Source of the DNA: an uncultured Clostridia bacterium
GTDB lineage: Bacteria; Bacillota; Clostridia; Oscillospirales; SIG627
DNA length: 64,000 bases
Assembly (NCBI GenBank): GCA_946645685.1
Contig: CAMPCJ010000001.1
Location: forward strand, 1,167 to 65,166
Direction: 5' to 3'
Shown piece after piece: positions 1 through 8,416 of the stretch (the stretch's first letter is position 1; every line of letters begins with the position of its first letter). The notes beneath the pieces were generated by a model. The model saw nothing but the letters and a program-made list of their open reading frames with translations. It was not told the DNA's origin and did no database searches. The translations under genes and the position numbers were made by a program.

Positions 1-521
1 TCGCGTTCGACACCGGATTTATCCGGGTCGCTCACAGCGCCCACGCCATCTGCCTTGCCTCGGCAAAATTCGTTTCCGGCTTCAGCTACGACCATCTGGG
101 CATCCGGAGAACGGCGACCATCAGTTATTTGATCGCCGCGGGGTCTATGTTTATCCTGGGCTTGGTGCAGCCCGGTTCGTACGTTCTCGCGTTCATATAT
201 GAAGTCATCGTATCCTTTGCCATGCCCCTGGAAACCGTCATTCCCCTTTTGATGGTGTCTGACCTTTTCGGGGAAAAGGATTACGCCAAGATCCTGGGGA
301 TCAACAGTGCCGTCATTTACCTCGGCTTCGCGGTGGGGACCCCGGTCATCAATCTGGTCTTTGATAAGGTGGGCACGTATCGCCCCGCTCTCTTCGTGGT
401 TTCCGGCTTGATGGCGGTCATTATGATCCTGACCCAGTTCATCTGCCGCACCGGCGAAAAGGTGAAACGGGACGTGATCGCCCGGGAAGCGGGAAAAGAA
501 ACGGCGGCTGCCGGCACTTGA
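1..521 (+). CDS. MFS-type transporter, C-terminal fragment (5' end outside window)
   Basis: Frame-3 reading frame is open from the window edge to TGA 519-521. The sequence is rich in hydrophobic helices (GLVQPGSYVLAFIYEVIVSFAMPLETVIPLLMVSDLFG, ALFVVSGLMAVIMILTQF), typical of the last helices of an MFS permease. Confidence 0.5.
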   Translation, partial: AFDTGFIRVAHSAHAICLASAKFVSGFSYDHLGIRRTATISYLIAAGSMFILGLVQPGSYVLAFIYEVIVSFAMPLETVIPLLMVSDLFGEKDYAKILGINSAVIYLGFAVGTPVINLVFDKVGTYRPALFVVSGLMAVIMILTQFICRTGEKVKRDVIAREAGKETAAAGT

Positions 522-527
522 TCGCGC

Positions 528-563
528 AAAAAAAGAAGAAGTCGGAGGACTTCTTCTTTTTTT
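528..563. terminator. bidirectional rho-independent terminator between the MFS gene and metK
   Basis: A-run, then a 10-bp perfect stem agaagaagtc/gacttcttct with loop ggag, then a T-run. It sits between convergent genes. Confidence 0.75.
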
Positions 564-571
564 GCACCGTC

Positions 572-1705
572 TTAAAGGACTTTTTTCAGTTTTTCCGCCA
601 GATCCGTTTTCTCCCAGGGAGCGTTCAGATCGTCCCGCCCCATGTGCCCGTAGGAGGCGAAGGGCGTGTAGATGGGGCGCCGCAGATCCAGAGAAGCAAT
701 GATGCCTTTGGGAGTGAGATCCACCGTTTCCCTCAAAAGAGAAGCGATCTTATCGTCAGCGATCTTCCCGGTGCCGAAGGTATCTACCAAAACGGAGGTG
801 GGCTCCGCCACGCCGATGGCGTAGGAAAGCTGTACTTCACACTTCCGTGCAAGACCGGCCGCCACCACGTTTTTGGCAAGGTAGCGCGCCATATAGGAGG
901 CGCTGCGATCCACCTTGGTGGGATCCTTGCCGGAGAAGGCGCCGCCGCCGTGCCGGGCGTAACCGCCGTAGGTATCCACAATGATCTTCCGCCCGGTCAA
1001 ACCGCTGTCCCCCTGAGGGCCGCCCACCACGAATCTGCCGGTGGGATTGACCAGGATCTTGGTGTCTTCGTCCATCAGAGCGGGGTCGATCACTTCGCGG
1101 ATGACTTTGTGGATCACGTCGTAGCGGATGGCGGTCTGTTCCGCCATTTCTCCGTGCTGGGTGGAGACCACAACGGTGTCTACCCGGGCGGGTACGCCGT
1201 CCCGGTATTCCACGGTGACCTGGGTCTTTCCGTCGGGACGCAGGTAGGGCAGGGTGCCGTCTTTCCGCACCTGCGCCAGCCGCCGCGCCAGCTTGTGAGC
1301 CAGGTAAATGGGCAGAGGCATCAGGTTTTCCGTTTCATCGCAAGCGTAGCCGAACATCAACCCCTGATCGCCGGCGCCGTCCACGTCAACCCCCCGGGCA
1401 ATGTCCGGGCTTTGAGTATGAATGGAGTTGATCACGGCGCAGGTGTCGCAGTCAAAGCCGTATTTGGCACGGTCATAACCCACCTTCCGCACGGTTTCCC
1501 GGGCGATGGCTTGATAGTCCACGTGGGCGGTGGTGGTGATCTCCCCCATAATGAGAATGAGACCGGTGGTCACCGCTGTTTCACAGGCGACCCGGGCGGT
1601 GGGGTCCTGTTCCAGGATCGCGTCCAGAATGGCGTCCGAGATCTGGTCGCAGATCTTATCGGGATGCCCCTCCGTGACGGATTCCGAAGTAAAGAAGCGT
1701 TTCAT
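572..1705 (-). CDS. metK: S-adenosylmethionine synthetase
   Basis: Hallmark MetK sequences: [29 protein letters not shown] and [16 protein letters not shown]. Start set at ATG 1705 (AAAGGA 7 nt upstream) rather than the longest-ORF Met at 1789. Confidence 0.95.
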   Translation of the reverse strand: MKRFFTSESVTEGHPDKICDQISDAILDAILEQDPTARVACETAVTTGLILIMGEITTTAHVDYQAIARETVRKVGYDRAKYGFDCDTCAVINSIHTQSPDIARGVDVDGAGDQGLMFGYACDETENLMPLPIYLAHKLARRLAQVRKDGTLPYLRPDGKTQVTVEYRDGVPARVDTVVVSTQHGEMAEQTAIRYDVIHKVIREVIDPALMDEDTKILVNPTGRFVVGGPQGDSGLTGRKIIVDTYGGYARHGGGAFSGKDPTKVDRSASYMARYLAKNVVAAGLARKCEVQLSYAIGVAEPTSVLVDTFGTGKIADDKIASLLRETVDLTPKGIIASLDLRRPIYTPFASYGHMGRDDLNAPWEKTDLAEKLKKVL

Positions 1706-1867
1706 AGATCGATCCTTTGCGTTTTCCGGCGGAATTCCGCCTGTCTTTTTTATCGAAGACATTTTATCACACTTTTTTCCATAAAGCAAATATTTCTCAA
1801 CATTTTTTCGCGTTTTGACCGCAGGGAAAACAATTTGTGAAACTCCACAAAAAAGACGGGATCAAAC

Positions 1868-1896
1868 TTGACTACATTATGGGAATATGATATAAT
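1868..1896 (+). promoter_or_regulatory. sigma-A type promoter for the MinD-like gene
   Basis: TTGACT (1868-1873), 17-nt spacer, TATAAT (1891-1896), with TGn extended -10. Confidence 0.6.
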
Positions 1897-1932
1897 AAAC
1901 CGATTATAAAAATGGGGAGAAAGGAGCGCGGC

Positions 1933-2721
1933 GTGGGGAAGATCATCATCACCACTTCATTGAAGGGCGGCGTGGGGAAAACGGTGTTTTCCGCAAGCCT
2001 TGCCTATACGCTTTCCAGCCGGGGGAAACGCGTTTTGGCGGTGGATATGGATCTCGGCACCGGCGGGCTGGATATCGCGCTGGGCAGGGAAAACGACGTC
2101 GCCGCGACGTTGCTTGACCTTTTGACGGGGTCGTTTGATCCCGACCGGGCGCTTGTCGCCGGGGACGACGGCGTTTACTTCCTGGCGGCTCCCGTTTTCT
2201 TCAACCCCGCCTCCCTGCAGGAGGTCACGCAGGAATCCTTTGACCGGGTCCTTGCCACCCTGAAAGAACAGTTCGACTACGTCGTGTTCGATATGCCCGC
2301 AGGCGGCGGCGCCGCTTTTCCTTTGGTGGAAAACTCATCCCTTGCGGATCTGTACGTTTTGGTCACCACGGCGGCGCCCACAGCCGTTCGTGCCGCGGAA
2401 CGGTGTGCCATGCGTTTGGCGGAGCCGGAAAAGGCGAAGCTTCTTTTGAACTGCTACCGTCTTTCGAAACCGGCGGATAACACCTTCGGCATCGTGGAGG
2501 TGATCCGGCGCGCGTCCGTTCCCATTTTAGGCGTCGTTCCCTTTGACAGCGGCGCGGAAAAAGCGCTCGCGAAGGGGATCCCCCTCGCCGCGGACAGAAA
2601 AAGCATCGCGGGACGGGCGGTGGGAAACGTGGCGGGACGGATCGAAGAAGAATCCATTCCCCTGTTCGACGGGGTCATGAATCGATCTCGGCGGGGTAAA
2701 TTCTACGGTTTGGAAAACTGA
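1933..2721 (+). CDS. MinD/ParA-family P-loop ATPase (orphan, no minC/minE neighbours)
   Basis: Deviant Walker A in ITTSLKGGVGKTVFSA and a DYVVFDMPAG Walker-B-like segment. The layout is MinD-like overall. Start set at GTG 1933 (AAAGGAG 7 nt upstream), because ATG 1912 lies about 15 nt after the -10 box and has no RBS. Confidence 0.8.
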   Translation: MGKIIITTSLKGGVGKTVFSASLAYTLSSRGKRVLAVDMDLGTGGLDIALGRENDVAATLLDLLTGSFDPDRALVAGDDGVYFLAAPVFFNPASLQEVTQESFDRVLATLKEQFDYVVFDMPAGGGAAFPLVENSSLADLYVLVTTAAPTAVRAAERCAMRLAEPEKAKLLLNCYRLSKPADNTFGIVEVIRRASVPILGVVPFDSGAEKALAKGIPLAADRKSIAGRAVGNVAGRIEEESIPLFDGVMNRSRRGKFYGLEN

Positions 2722-2756
2722 CTCTCCCTTTATCTTTTTTTACGGAGGAAATCTAT

Positions 2757-3152
2757 ATGCAGATCGCTTTGATTGCGCAGGACGATAAAAAGGAATTGAT
2801 GGCGCAGCTTTGCATTGCCTATTGCGGCATTTTGTCCAAGCACACCCTTTGCGCCACCGCCACCACCGGGCGGATCGTCGCGGACGCCACCGGTCTGGAC
2901 GTGGAACTGCTTTTGTCCGGTGAGCACGGGGGCATCCAGCAGATCGCCCAGCGCATTCAATACGGGGAAGTGGACGTGCTTTTGTACTTCCGCTCCACGG
3001 TAACGGATGAGAATTATGACGTGGTCGCTCATAACCTGACCCGTCTTTGCGACGTATATAATCTGCCCATCGCCACAAACCTCGCCACGGCGGAGACCAT
3101 CATTCTCGCCCTGGATCGCGGGGATCTGGATTGGCGGGAGAATATGCGTTAA
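2757..3152 (+). CDS. methylglyoxal-synthase-like (MGS fold) protein with substituted catalytic residues
   Basis: Collinear with MgsA over its full length (MQIALIAQDDKK..., ATATTG, SGEHGGIQQ, LCDVYNLPIATNLATAE). The residues aligning with the catalytic His/Asp positions are Gln8, Ile60, Ser80, Tyr87 and Val90. Confidence 0.75.
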   Translation: MQIALIAQDDKKELMAQLCIAYCGILSKHTLCATATTGRIVADATGLDVELLLSGEHGGIQQIAQRIQYGEVDVLLYFRSTVTDENYDVVAHNLTRLCDVYNLPIATNLATAETIILALDRGDLDWRENMR

Positions 3153-3175
3153 AACACAAAGCAGAGGAAGTCGAT

Positions 3176-4951
3176 ATGTACAGAACAAAGTATTGCGCGG
3201 AGTTTTCCGCGGAGAACGTCGGAGAGCGGGTCAGCGTTTGCGGCTGGGTCCAGAAGCAGCGTGATCTGGGCTCTCTGATTTTCATTGACCTGCGGGACCG
3301 CACCGGCGTCGTCCAGCTTGCGTTTGACGAGGCCACGGAAAAGGAACTGTTTCATCTTGCCTTCGGCGTTCGCGCCGAAACGGTGTTGACTGCGACCGGC
3401 GTTGTGCGCCCTCGGGGCGCGGGCGCGGTGAATCCCAACCTTCCCACCGGGGAGATCGAGATCGCCGTGGAGAAAATGGAAGTCCTCTCCCGGGCGGATA
3501 CACCGCCCTTCGAGGTATTGTCCGCTCCCGACGTGCGGGACGACGTGAAATTGAAATATCGCTATTTGCACCTGCGCCATCCGGATCTGCAGCGGAATAT
3601 CCTCTTCCGTCACAAGTTGGCGGTGGCGGCGCGGGATTATTATGACCGGGAAGGCTTTTTGGAGATCGAAACCCCCATCCTGATCAAGTCTACCCCCGAG
3701 GGCGCGCGGGACTATCTGGTGCCCAGCCGGGTGCATCCCGGTTCCTTCTACGCCCTGCCTCAATCGCCTCAGTTGTATAAACAGCTTTTGATGGTGTCCG
3801 GCTTTGACCGCTATATGCAGATCGCCCGGTGCTTCCGGGATGAGGATCTGCGGGCGGATCGTCAGCCGGAATTTACCCAGCTGGATCTGGAAATGTCCTT
3901 TGTGGATGAAGACGACGTTATGGCGGTGAACGAGGGCTTTTTGAAGCGGATCTTCAAGGAGTTTCTGGGAAAGGATATTTCTCTGCCGCTCCGTCGGATG
4001 ACCTGGCGGGAAGCGATGGAAAAATACGGCTCCGATAAGCCCGATCTTCGCTTTGGGATGGAGCTTTGCGATCTGTCCGACCTGGTGCGTGACTGCGGCT
4101 TCGGTGTATTCGCCGGTGCGGTTCAGGCGGGCGGAAGCGTTCGCGGCTTGAATCTGAAGGGGGCGGCGGATAAGCTTTCCCGCAAAGAGATCGATAAATT
4201 GACGGATTTTGTCAAGACCTATCGCGCCCGGGGACTTGCCTGGCTGAAGGGTGGGGAAGAAGAGACTTCTTCTTTCGCCAAGTTCCTGACAGCCGAGGAA
4301 ACGCAGCGCATCAAGGATCGCCTGGGCTTTGAGAAGGGCGACGTGCTCTTCCTGGTCGCGGACGGGAAAAACAACGTGGTGTTGGAGTCCCTGGGCGCCC
4401 TGCGGTGCCGTTTGGGCGAGCAGTTCCACTTATACGAAAAAGGGCAGTTCGCCCTGCTTTGGGTCACGGACTTTCCCATGTTTGAGTGGGATGAGGAAAA
4501 CGGGCGCTACAAGGCGATGCACCATCCCTTCACCATGCCGAAAGACGAAGACCTGCCCCTTTTGGATACGGACCCCGCCCGGGTGCGTGCCAAGGCGTAC
4601 GACATTGTCATTAACGGCACGGAAGCCGGCGGCGGCAGCGTCCGGATCCACCGGAGCGACGTACAGCAGAAGATCTTTGACGTCATCGGAATGACCCGGG
4701 AGGAAGCGAACGAAAAATTCGGCTTTCTGCTGGAAGCGTTCCGCTACGGGGTGCCGCCCCACGCGGGTATGGCGTTCGGCTTCGACCGGCTGGTCAGCCT
4801 TCTGCTGGAACTGCCCGGTATCCGGGACGTGATCGCCTTCCCGAAGGTGCAGAACGCCTGTGAATTGATGACGGATTGCCCCGCGCCCGTTCCGCAAAGC
4901 GCGCTGGACGACTTGTCCATTGCCGTGACCGCGACGGAGACGGAAGAATAA
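3176..4951 (+). CDS. aspS: aspartate--tRNA ligase
   Basis: Motifs: SLIFIDLRDRTG, QSPQLYKQLLM, FRDEDLRADRQPEFTQLD (class II motif 2), GGGSVRIH, GMAFGFDRL (motif 3). Start set at ATG 3176 with AGAGGAAG upstream. Confidence 0.95.
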   Translation: MYRTKYCAEFSAENVGERVSVCGWVQKQRDLGSLIFIDLRDRTGVVQLAFDEATEKELFHLAFGVRAETVLTATGVVRPRGAGAVNPNLPTGEIEIAVEKMEVLSRADTPPFEVLSAPDVRDDVKLKYRYLHLRHPDLQRNILFRHKLAVAARDYYDREGFLEIETPILIKSTPEGARDYLVPSRVHPGSFYALPQSPQLYKQLLMVSGFDRYMQIARCFRDEDLRADRQPEFTQLDLEMSFVDEDDVMAVNEGFLKRIFKEFLGKDISLPLRRMTWREAMEKYGSDKPDLRFGMELCDLSDLVRDCGFGVFAGAVQAGGSVRGLNLKGAADKLSRKEIDKLTDFVKTYRARGLAWLKGGEEETSSFAKFLTAEETQRIKDRLGFEKGDVLFLVADGKNNVVLESLGALRCRLGEQFHLYEKGQFALLWVTDFPMFEWDEENGRYKAMHHPFTMPKDEDLPLLDTDPARVRAKAYDIVINGTEAGGGSVRIHRSDVQQKIFDVIGMTREEANEKFGFLLEAFRYGVPPHAGMAFGFDRLVSLLLELPGIRDVIAFPKVQNACELMTDCPAPVPQSALDDLSIAVTATETEE

Positions 4952-4981
4952 CGGAAGTTTTTTGAAAGGAAACCCGAAAGC

Positions 4982-5962
4982 ATGATCGAGATCAGAGGGA
5001 TCACCAAGCGTTACGGCGATAAATACGCCGCGAAAAACGTCACCTTTACGGTGAATGCGGGTGAGATCATGGGTTTTTTGGGGCCGAACGGCGCCGGAAA
5101 ATCCACCACGATGAATATTTTGACCGGCTATCTCTCCGCCACATCCGGTACCGCCCGGATCGACGGGATCGACATTTTGCAGGATCCCATCGCCGCGAAA
5201 GCCAAGATCGGTTTTCTCCCGGAACAGCCGCCGCTGTATCCGGATCTGACGGTGAAGGAGTATCTGAATTTTGTTTATGACCTGAAAAAGTGCAAGCTGG
5301 ACCGGAAAAAGCACCTGGAAGAGATCTGCCGGGTGGTGGAGATCAGCGACGTGTACAACCGGGTCATACGCAACCTGTCCAAGGGGTATCGTCAACGCGT
5401 GGGCATTGCCCAGGCGCTGGTGGGAAATCCCCCGGTGCTGATCTTCGACGAGCCCACCGTGGGGCTGGATCCCAAGCAGATCATCGACATACGCAATCTG
5501 ATCAAGGATCTGGGCAAGGAGCATACGGTCATTCTCTCCACGCATATCCTCCCTGAGGTGCAAGCCATCTGCGACCGCATCGTGGTCATCAACAAAGGGG
5601 AGATCGTGGCGGACGAAAAGACCGAGAATATCGCCCGCGCCGTGGAAGGCAAGCGCCGTATGACGTACAACGTGTGCGGCCCGAAGGACGAGGTTTTGAA
5701 GCTGATCCGTTCCATTCCCGGCGTGACCTACGCGGAGATCATCGGAAACCGGGAGCTGGACAGCACCGCCTTTTTGGTGGAGTCCGACGACAAGATCGAC
5801 ATCAGAAAGCCGCTCTTCTTCGCCCTGGCGGATAAGCGCTGGCCGCTGATCGGTATGGACGTGATGGGCATGGATCTGGAAGACGTGTTCCTGGCGCTCG
5901 TGGATCAGAAAAACAGGAAAGAGGAAGCCCGCAAGGGCGGCCGGAAAGGGGAGAAGAAATAA
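4982..5962 (+). CDS. ABC transporter ATP-binding protein (GldA-like, ABC-2 subfamily)
   Basis: Walker A GPNGAGKST, signature LSKGYRQRV, Walker B VLIFDEPTVGLD. First gene of a four-gene cassette. Confidence 0.9.
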   Translation: MIEIRGITKRYGDKYAAKNVTFTVNAGEIMGFLGPNGAGKSTTMNILTGYLSATSGTARIDGIDILQDPIAAKAKIGFLPEQPPLYPDLTVKEYLNFVYDLKKCKLDRKKHLEEICRVVEISDVYNRVIRNLSKGYRQRVGIAQALVGNPPVLIFDEPTVGLDPKQIIDIRNLIKDLGKEHTVILSTHILPEVQAICDRIVVINKGEIVADEKTENIARAVEGKRRMTYNVCGPKDEVLKLIRSIPGVTYAEIIGNRELDSTAFLVESDDKIDIRKPLFFALADKRWPLIGMDVMGMDLEDVFLALVDQKNRKEEARKGGRKGEKK

Positions 5963-6669
5963 TGCTTGCCGTTTATAAAAAAGAACTGCGTTCTTATTTC
6001 GTCGGACCCATCGGCTACATCTACGTGGCGCTGTATTTGTTGGTCTCCTCTCTCATTTTCACCTATACCACCCTGTACGCGGGGACCTGCAGCGTCACCA
6101 CCTACTATACCTTCATCCTGTATCTTTTCGCCATCCTGATCCCGCTTCTCACTATGCGGATGCTCAGCGAGGAGAAGAAGAGCCGCACGGAGCAGATCCT
6201 GCTTACCGCTCCCGTCAGCTTGACGAGTGTCGTCACCGCCAAGTTCCTGGCGGCGTTCACGCTCTTTGCCGGCACGCTTCTGGTGTCCTGCCTCCACTTC
6301 ATCACCTTTTTCGCCCTGGACGGCACGCCCAACGTGGCGATCATGGTCAGCACCACCTTCGGCATCATCCTCATCGGCGCCGCCTTCGTTGCCATCGGCA
6401 TTTTCGTTTCCGCCTGTACGGAAAATCAGCTGGTAGCGGCGCTGGTGACCATCGTTGCCATTGCGTCTACGCTGGTGCTGAACGTACTGTCCGGCTACGT
6501 GACCTTCACCCCCTTGCGCGTGGTCATGCGGTGGCTGTCCGTTTTCGACCGGTTTTATGCCTTTACCTACGGATATTTCGACTTCGTGGCGCTCCTGTAC
6601 TACGTGAGCATCACGGTGATCTTCCTGTTCCTTACCGTGCGTGTTCTGGAAAAACGCCGTTGGGAATGA
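5962..6669 (+). CDS. ABC-2 type permease (GldF-like)
   Basis: About six hydrophobic helices. TAATG 1-nt overlap with the upstream ATPase gene. Confidence 0.8.
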   Translation: MLAVYKKELRSYFVGPIGYIYVALYLLVSSLIFTYTTLYAGTCSVTTYYTFILYLFAILIPLLTMRMLSEEKKSRTEQILLTAPVSLTSVVTAKFLAAFTLFAGTLLVSCLHFITFFALDGTPNVAIMVSTTFGIILIGAAFVAIGIFVSACTENQLVAALVTIVAIASTLVLNVLSGYVTFTPLRVVMRWLSVFDRFYAFTYGYFDFVALLYYVSITVIFLFLTVRVLEKRRWE

Positions 6670-6700
6670 TCCGGAGTAAAGAAAGATAAAGGTGTCTATT

Positions 6701-8401
6701 ATGGATAAGAATAAGCAGACGAAGAAAGGCAAGTTTTTTGCCTCCCGGCGGTTCCGGTACGGCGCCGTCGCCACCGTATTCGTAGTGGTGTTCATTGCGG
6801 CGGTGATCCTGTTGAACGTGATCGTTTCCGCCATCGACTCGAAGTACAGCCTGTATATCGATTTGACCCAGGATCAGGTCTTTACCATCCGGGAAGAAAA
6901 CATCCCCGCCATCCGGCAGCTGCTGGACGATTTCAAGGCGAGCGAAAAGATGGGCGGACGGGACTTTACCATTACCATCACCTTCCTGCAGGCGCGGGAC
7001 AAGCTGGTTTCCAATCAGCAGAGCAACTGGGTCTTGAACCTGGCGGACAGCTACGCGGAGGCTTTTCCGGAGATCCGCGTGGAATGCAAGGAAGACCTGC
7101 TGACCCATCCGGACAATTATGAGAAATACACACGCCTGGGCTATACCATCAATTCTTCCACGATCCTTGTAACATGTTCCGAGGGCGGCTATGACGTCTT
7201 TTCTCTGGATTCCTGCATGGTGTACGACGAAGCGGGTGAAAACCTGTGGGCGTTCAAGGGTGAAATGCAGTTCAACAAGGCCATTCAAAAGGTCACGGCT
7301 CAGGTGGAGCCGGTGGCGGCGTTTACCGTCGGGCATAATGAGAGCGAGCCTGCCAGTTTTCAGGAAGTTTTGAAGGACAGCGGCTTCAGCTCCGAAAAGG
7401 TGGATCTTACCAAGCTTGCCCGCCTTGCCAACGAACTGAAGGACGCCGGCAAGAGCGACTCCGAGCGCGCCGCCATACGCAGCGAGATCGAAAACAATCT
7501 CGGTAAAGTGGTGGAGGTGGAGGACGACCGCCGCAGCGACGTGCAGGAAAGCACGAAGAAATCCGAGACGGTGGGCATTTCCGACAGCGTCAAGCTTCTG
7601 GTCATCTGCAATCCGCAGACGGACTTTTTGACCTCGGATGACAGCGAGGAGCTGGTTACGGAGTACAGCTTGCTTTCCGATTATCTCAATGAATACCGCT
7701 CCGTGCTTTTGATCGCTTCTCCCGGTATGCCCGCGTTCCCCGTTCTGGACGAATTGCTTGCGGATTGGGGGATGGAAGTGGTGCGGAACGAAGTGGTCGT
7801 GGATCCCGTTTCTCACGTTCCCGGGGACGACACGATGCTTTACGTGGAGTATCCCGCGGCGACGGCGGAACAAGAGAGAGTCGCGGCGAGCATCACCGGC
7901 TCTCTGACGGCGCAATCCAATCCCCCCCATTCCATTTCCTACCGCTCCGCTCCCATTGTGATCCTCTCCCCCGGCGACGGTGAAACGACGGGTACGGAAG
8001 CCGTTCTCACCAGCTCCGTCAATTCCTACGTGGAAGTGAATACGGGAGACGGCGTGGAGCGGGAGTCCGGTCCCTTCAATCTGATGGTCGTTTCCACCCG
8101 CTATACCGTCCGGAACAACGTGAATACCCTCGGTCACATTCTGGTCATCGGGTCGGATAGCTTTACCGAAACCAACACCTACGAAAGCAAATACGGCAAC
8201 ACCGCCATTGTGTATAACATCATCCGTCTGCTTTCCCGGGAGACCATCCCCATGGAAACGGACTACAAGGTGTTGGAGGATTACGCCATCACCATGAAGA
8301 GCGGCGACGTTTACACCTACGGCATCATTACGGTCATTGTGATCCCGCTTGTGATCTTCGGCTTCGGGATCGCGGTGTATCTGAAGCGTAAGCACCTGTA
8401 A
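6701..8401 (+). CDS. GldG-like ABC-transporter auxiliary protein
   Basis: N-terminal TM (AVATVFVVVFIAAVILLNVIV), a large extracytoplasmic region, and a C-terminal TM (GIITVIVIPLVIFGFGIAVYL), matching the GldG/ABC_transp_aux architecture. ATG 6701 is preferred over GTG 6692 on RBS spacing. Confidence 0.7.
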   Translation: MDKNKQTKKGKFFASRRFRYGAVATVFVVVFIAAVILLNVIVSAIDSKYSLYIDLTQDQVFTIREENIPAIRQLLDDFKASEKMGGRDFTITITFLQARDKLVSNQQSNWVLNLADSYAEAFPEIRVECKEDLLTHPDNYEKYTRLGYTINSSTILVTCSEGGYDVFSLDSCMVYDEAGENLWAFKGEMQFNKAIQKVTAQVEPVAAFTVGHNESEPASFQEVLKDSGFSSEKVDLTKLARLANELKDAGKSDSERAAIRSEIENNLGKVVEVEDDRRSDVQESTKKSETVGISDSVKLLVICNPQTDFLTSDDSEELVTEYSLLSDYLNEYRSVLLIASPGMPAFPVLDELLADWGMEVVRNEVVVDPVSHVPGDDTMLYVEYPAATAEQERVAASITGSLTAQSNPPHSISYRSAPIVILSPGDGETTGTEAVLTSSVNSYVEVNTGDGVERESGPFNLMVVSTRYTVRNNVNTLGHILVIGSDSFTETNTYESKYGNTAIVYNIIRLLSRETIPMETDYKVLEDYAITMKSGDVYTYGIITVIVIPLVIFGFGIAVYLKRKHL

Positions 8402-8416
8402 GGAGAGACAGATCCT

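Noticed and set aside
518-1840. A 440-aa plus-strand ORF covering metK in antisense. Similar long shadow ORFs occur at 3149-4429, 4430-5563, 6632-8431, 8594-10132, 11238-12398, 14662-15720, 15864-17522, 18880-20586, 37064-39355, 43624-44859, 45296-46816 and 59314-60789.
   Set aside because: The reasoning is the same as above. Each lies opposite a gene with strong family motifs, and each has an Arg/Gly/His/Pro-biased, motif-free translation.
1706-1867. Possible SAM-I (S-box) riboswitch upstream of metK, including a GGCGGAATTCCGCC hairpin.
   Set aside because: The region between the plausible promoter (TTGCTT-17-TAAAAT on the minus strand) and the ATG is only about 60-70 nt. It lacks the conserved S-box core segments. 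The hairpin has no U-tract and sits just before the RBS.
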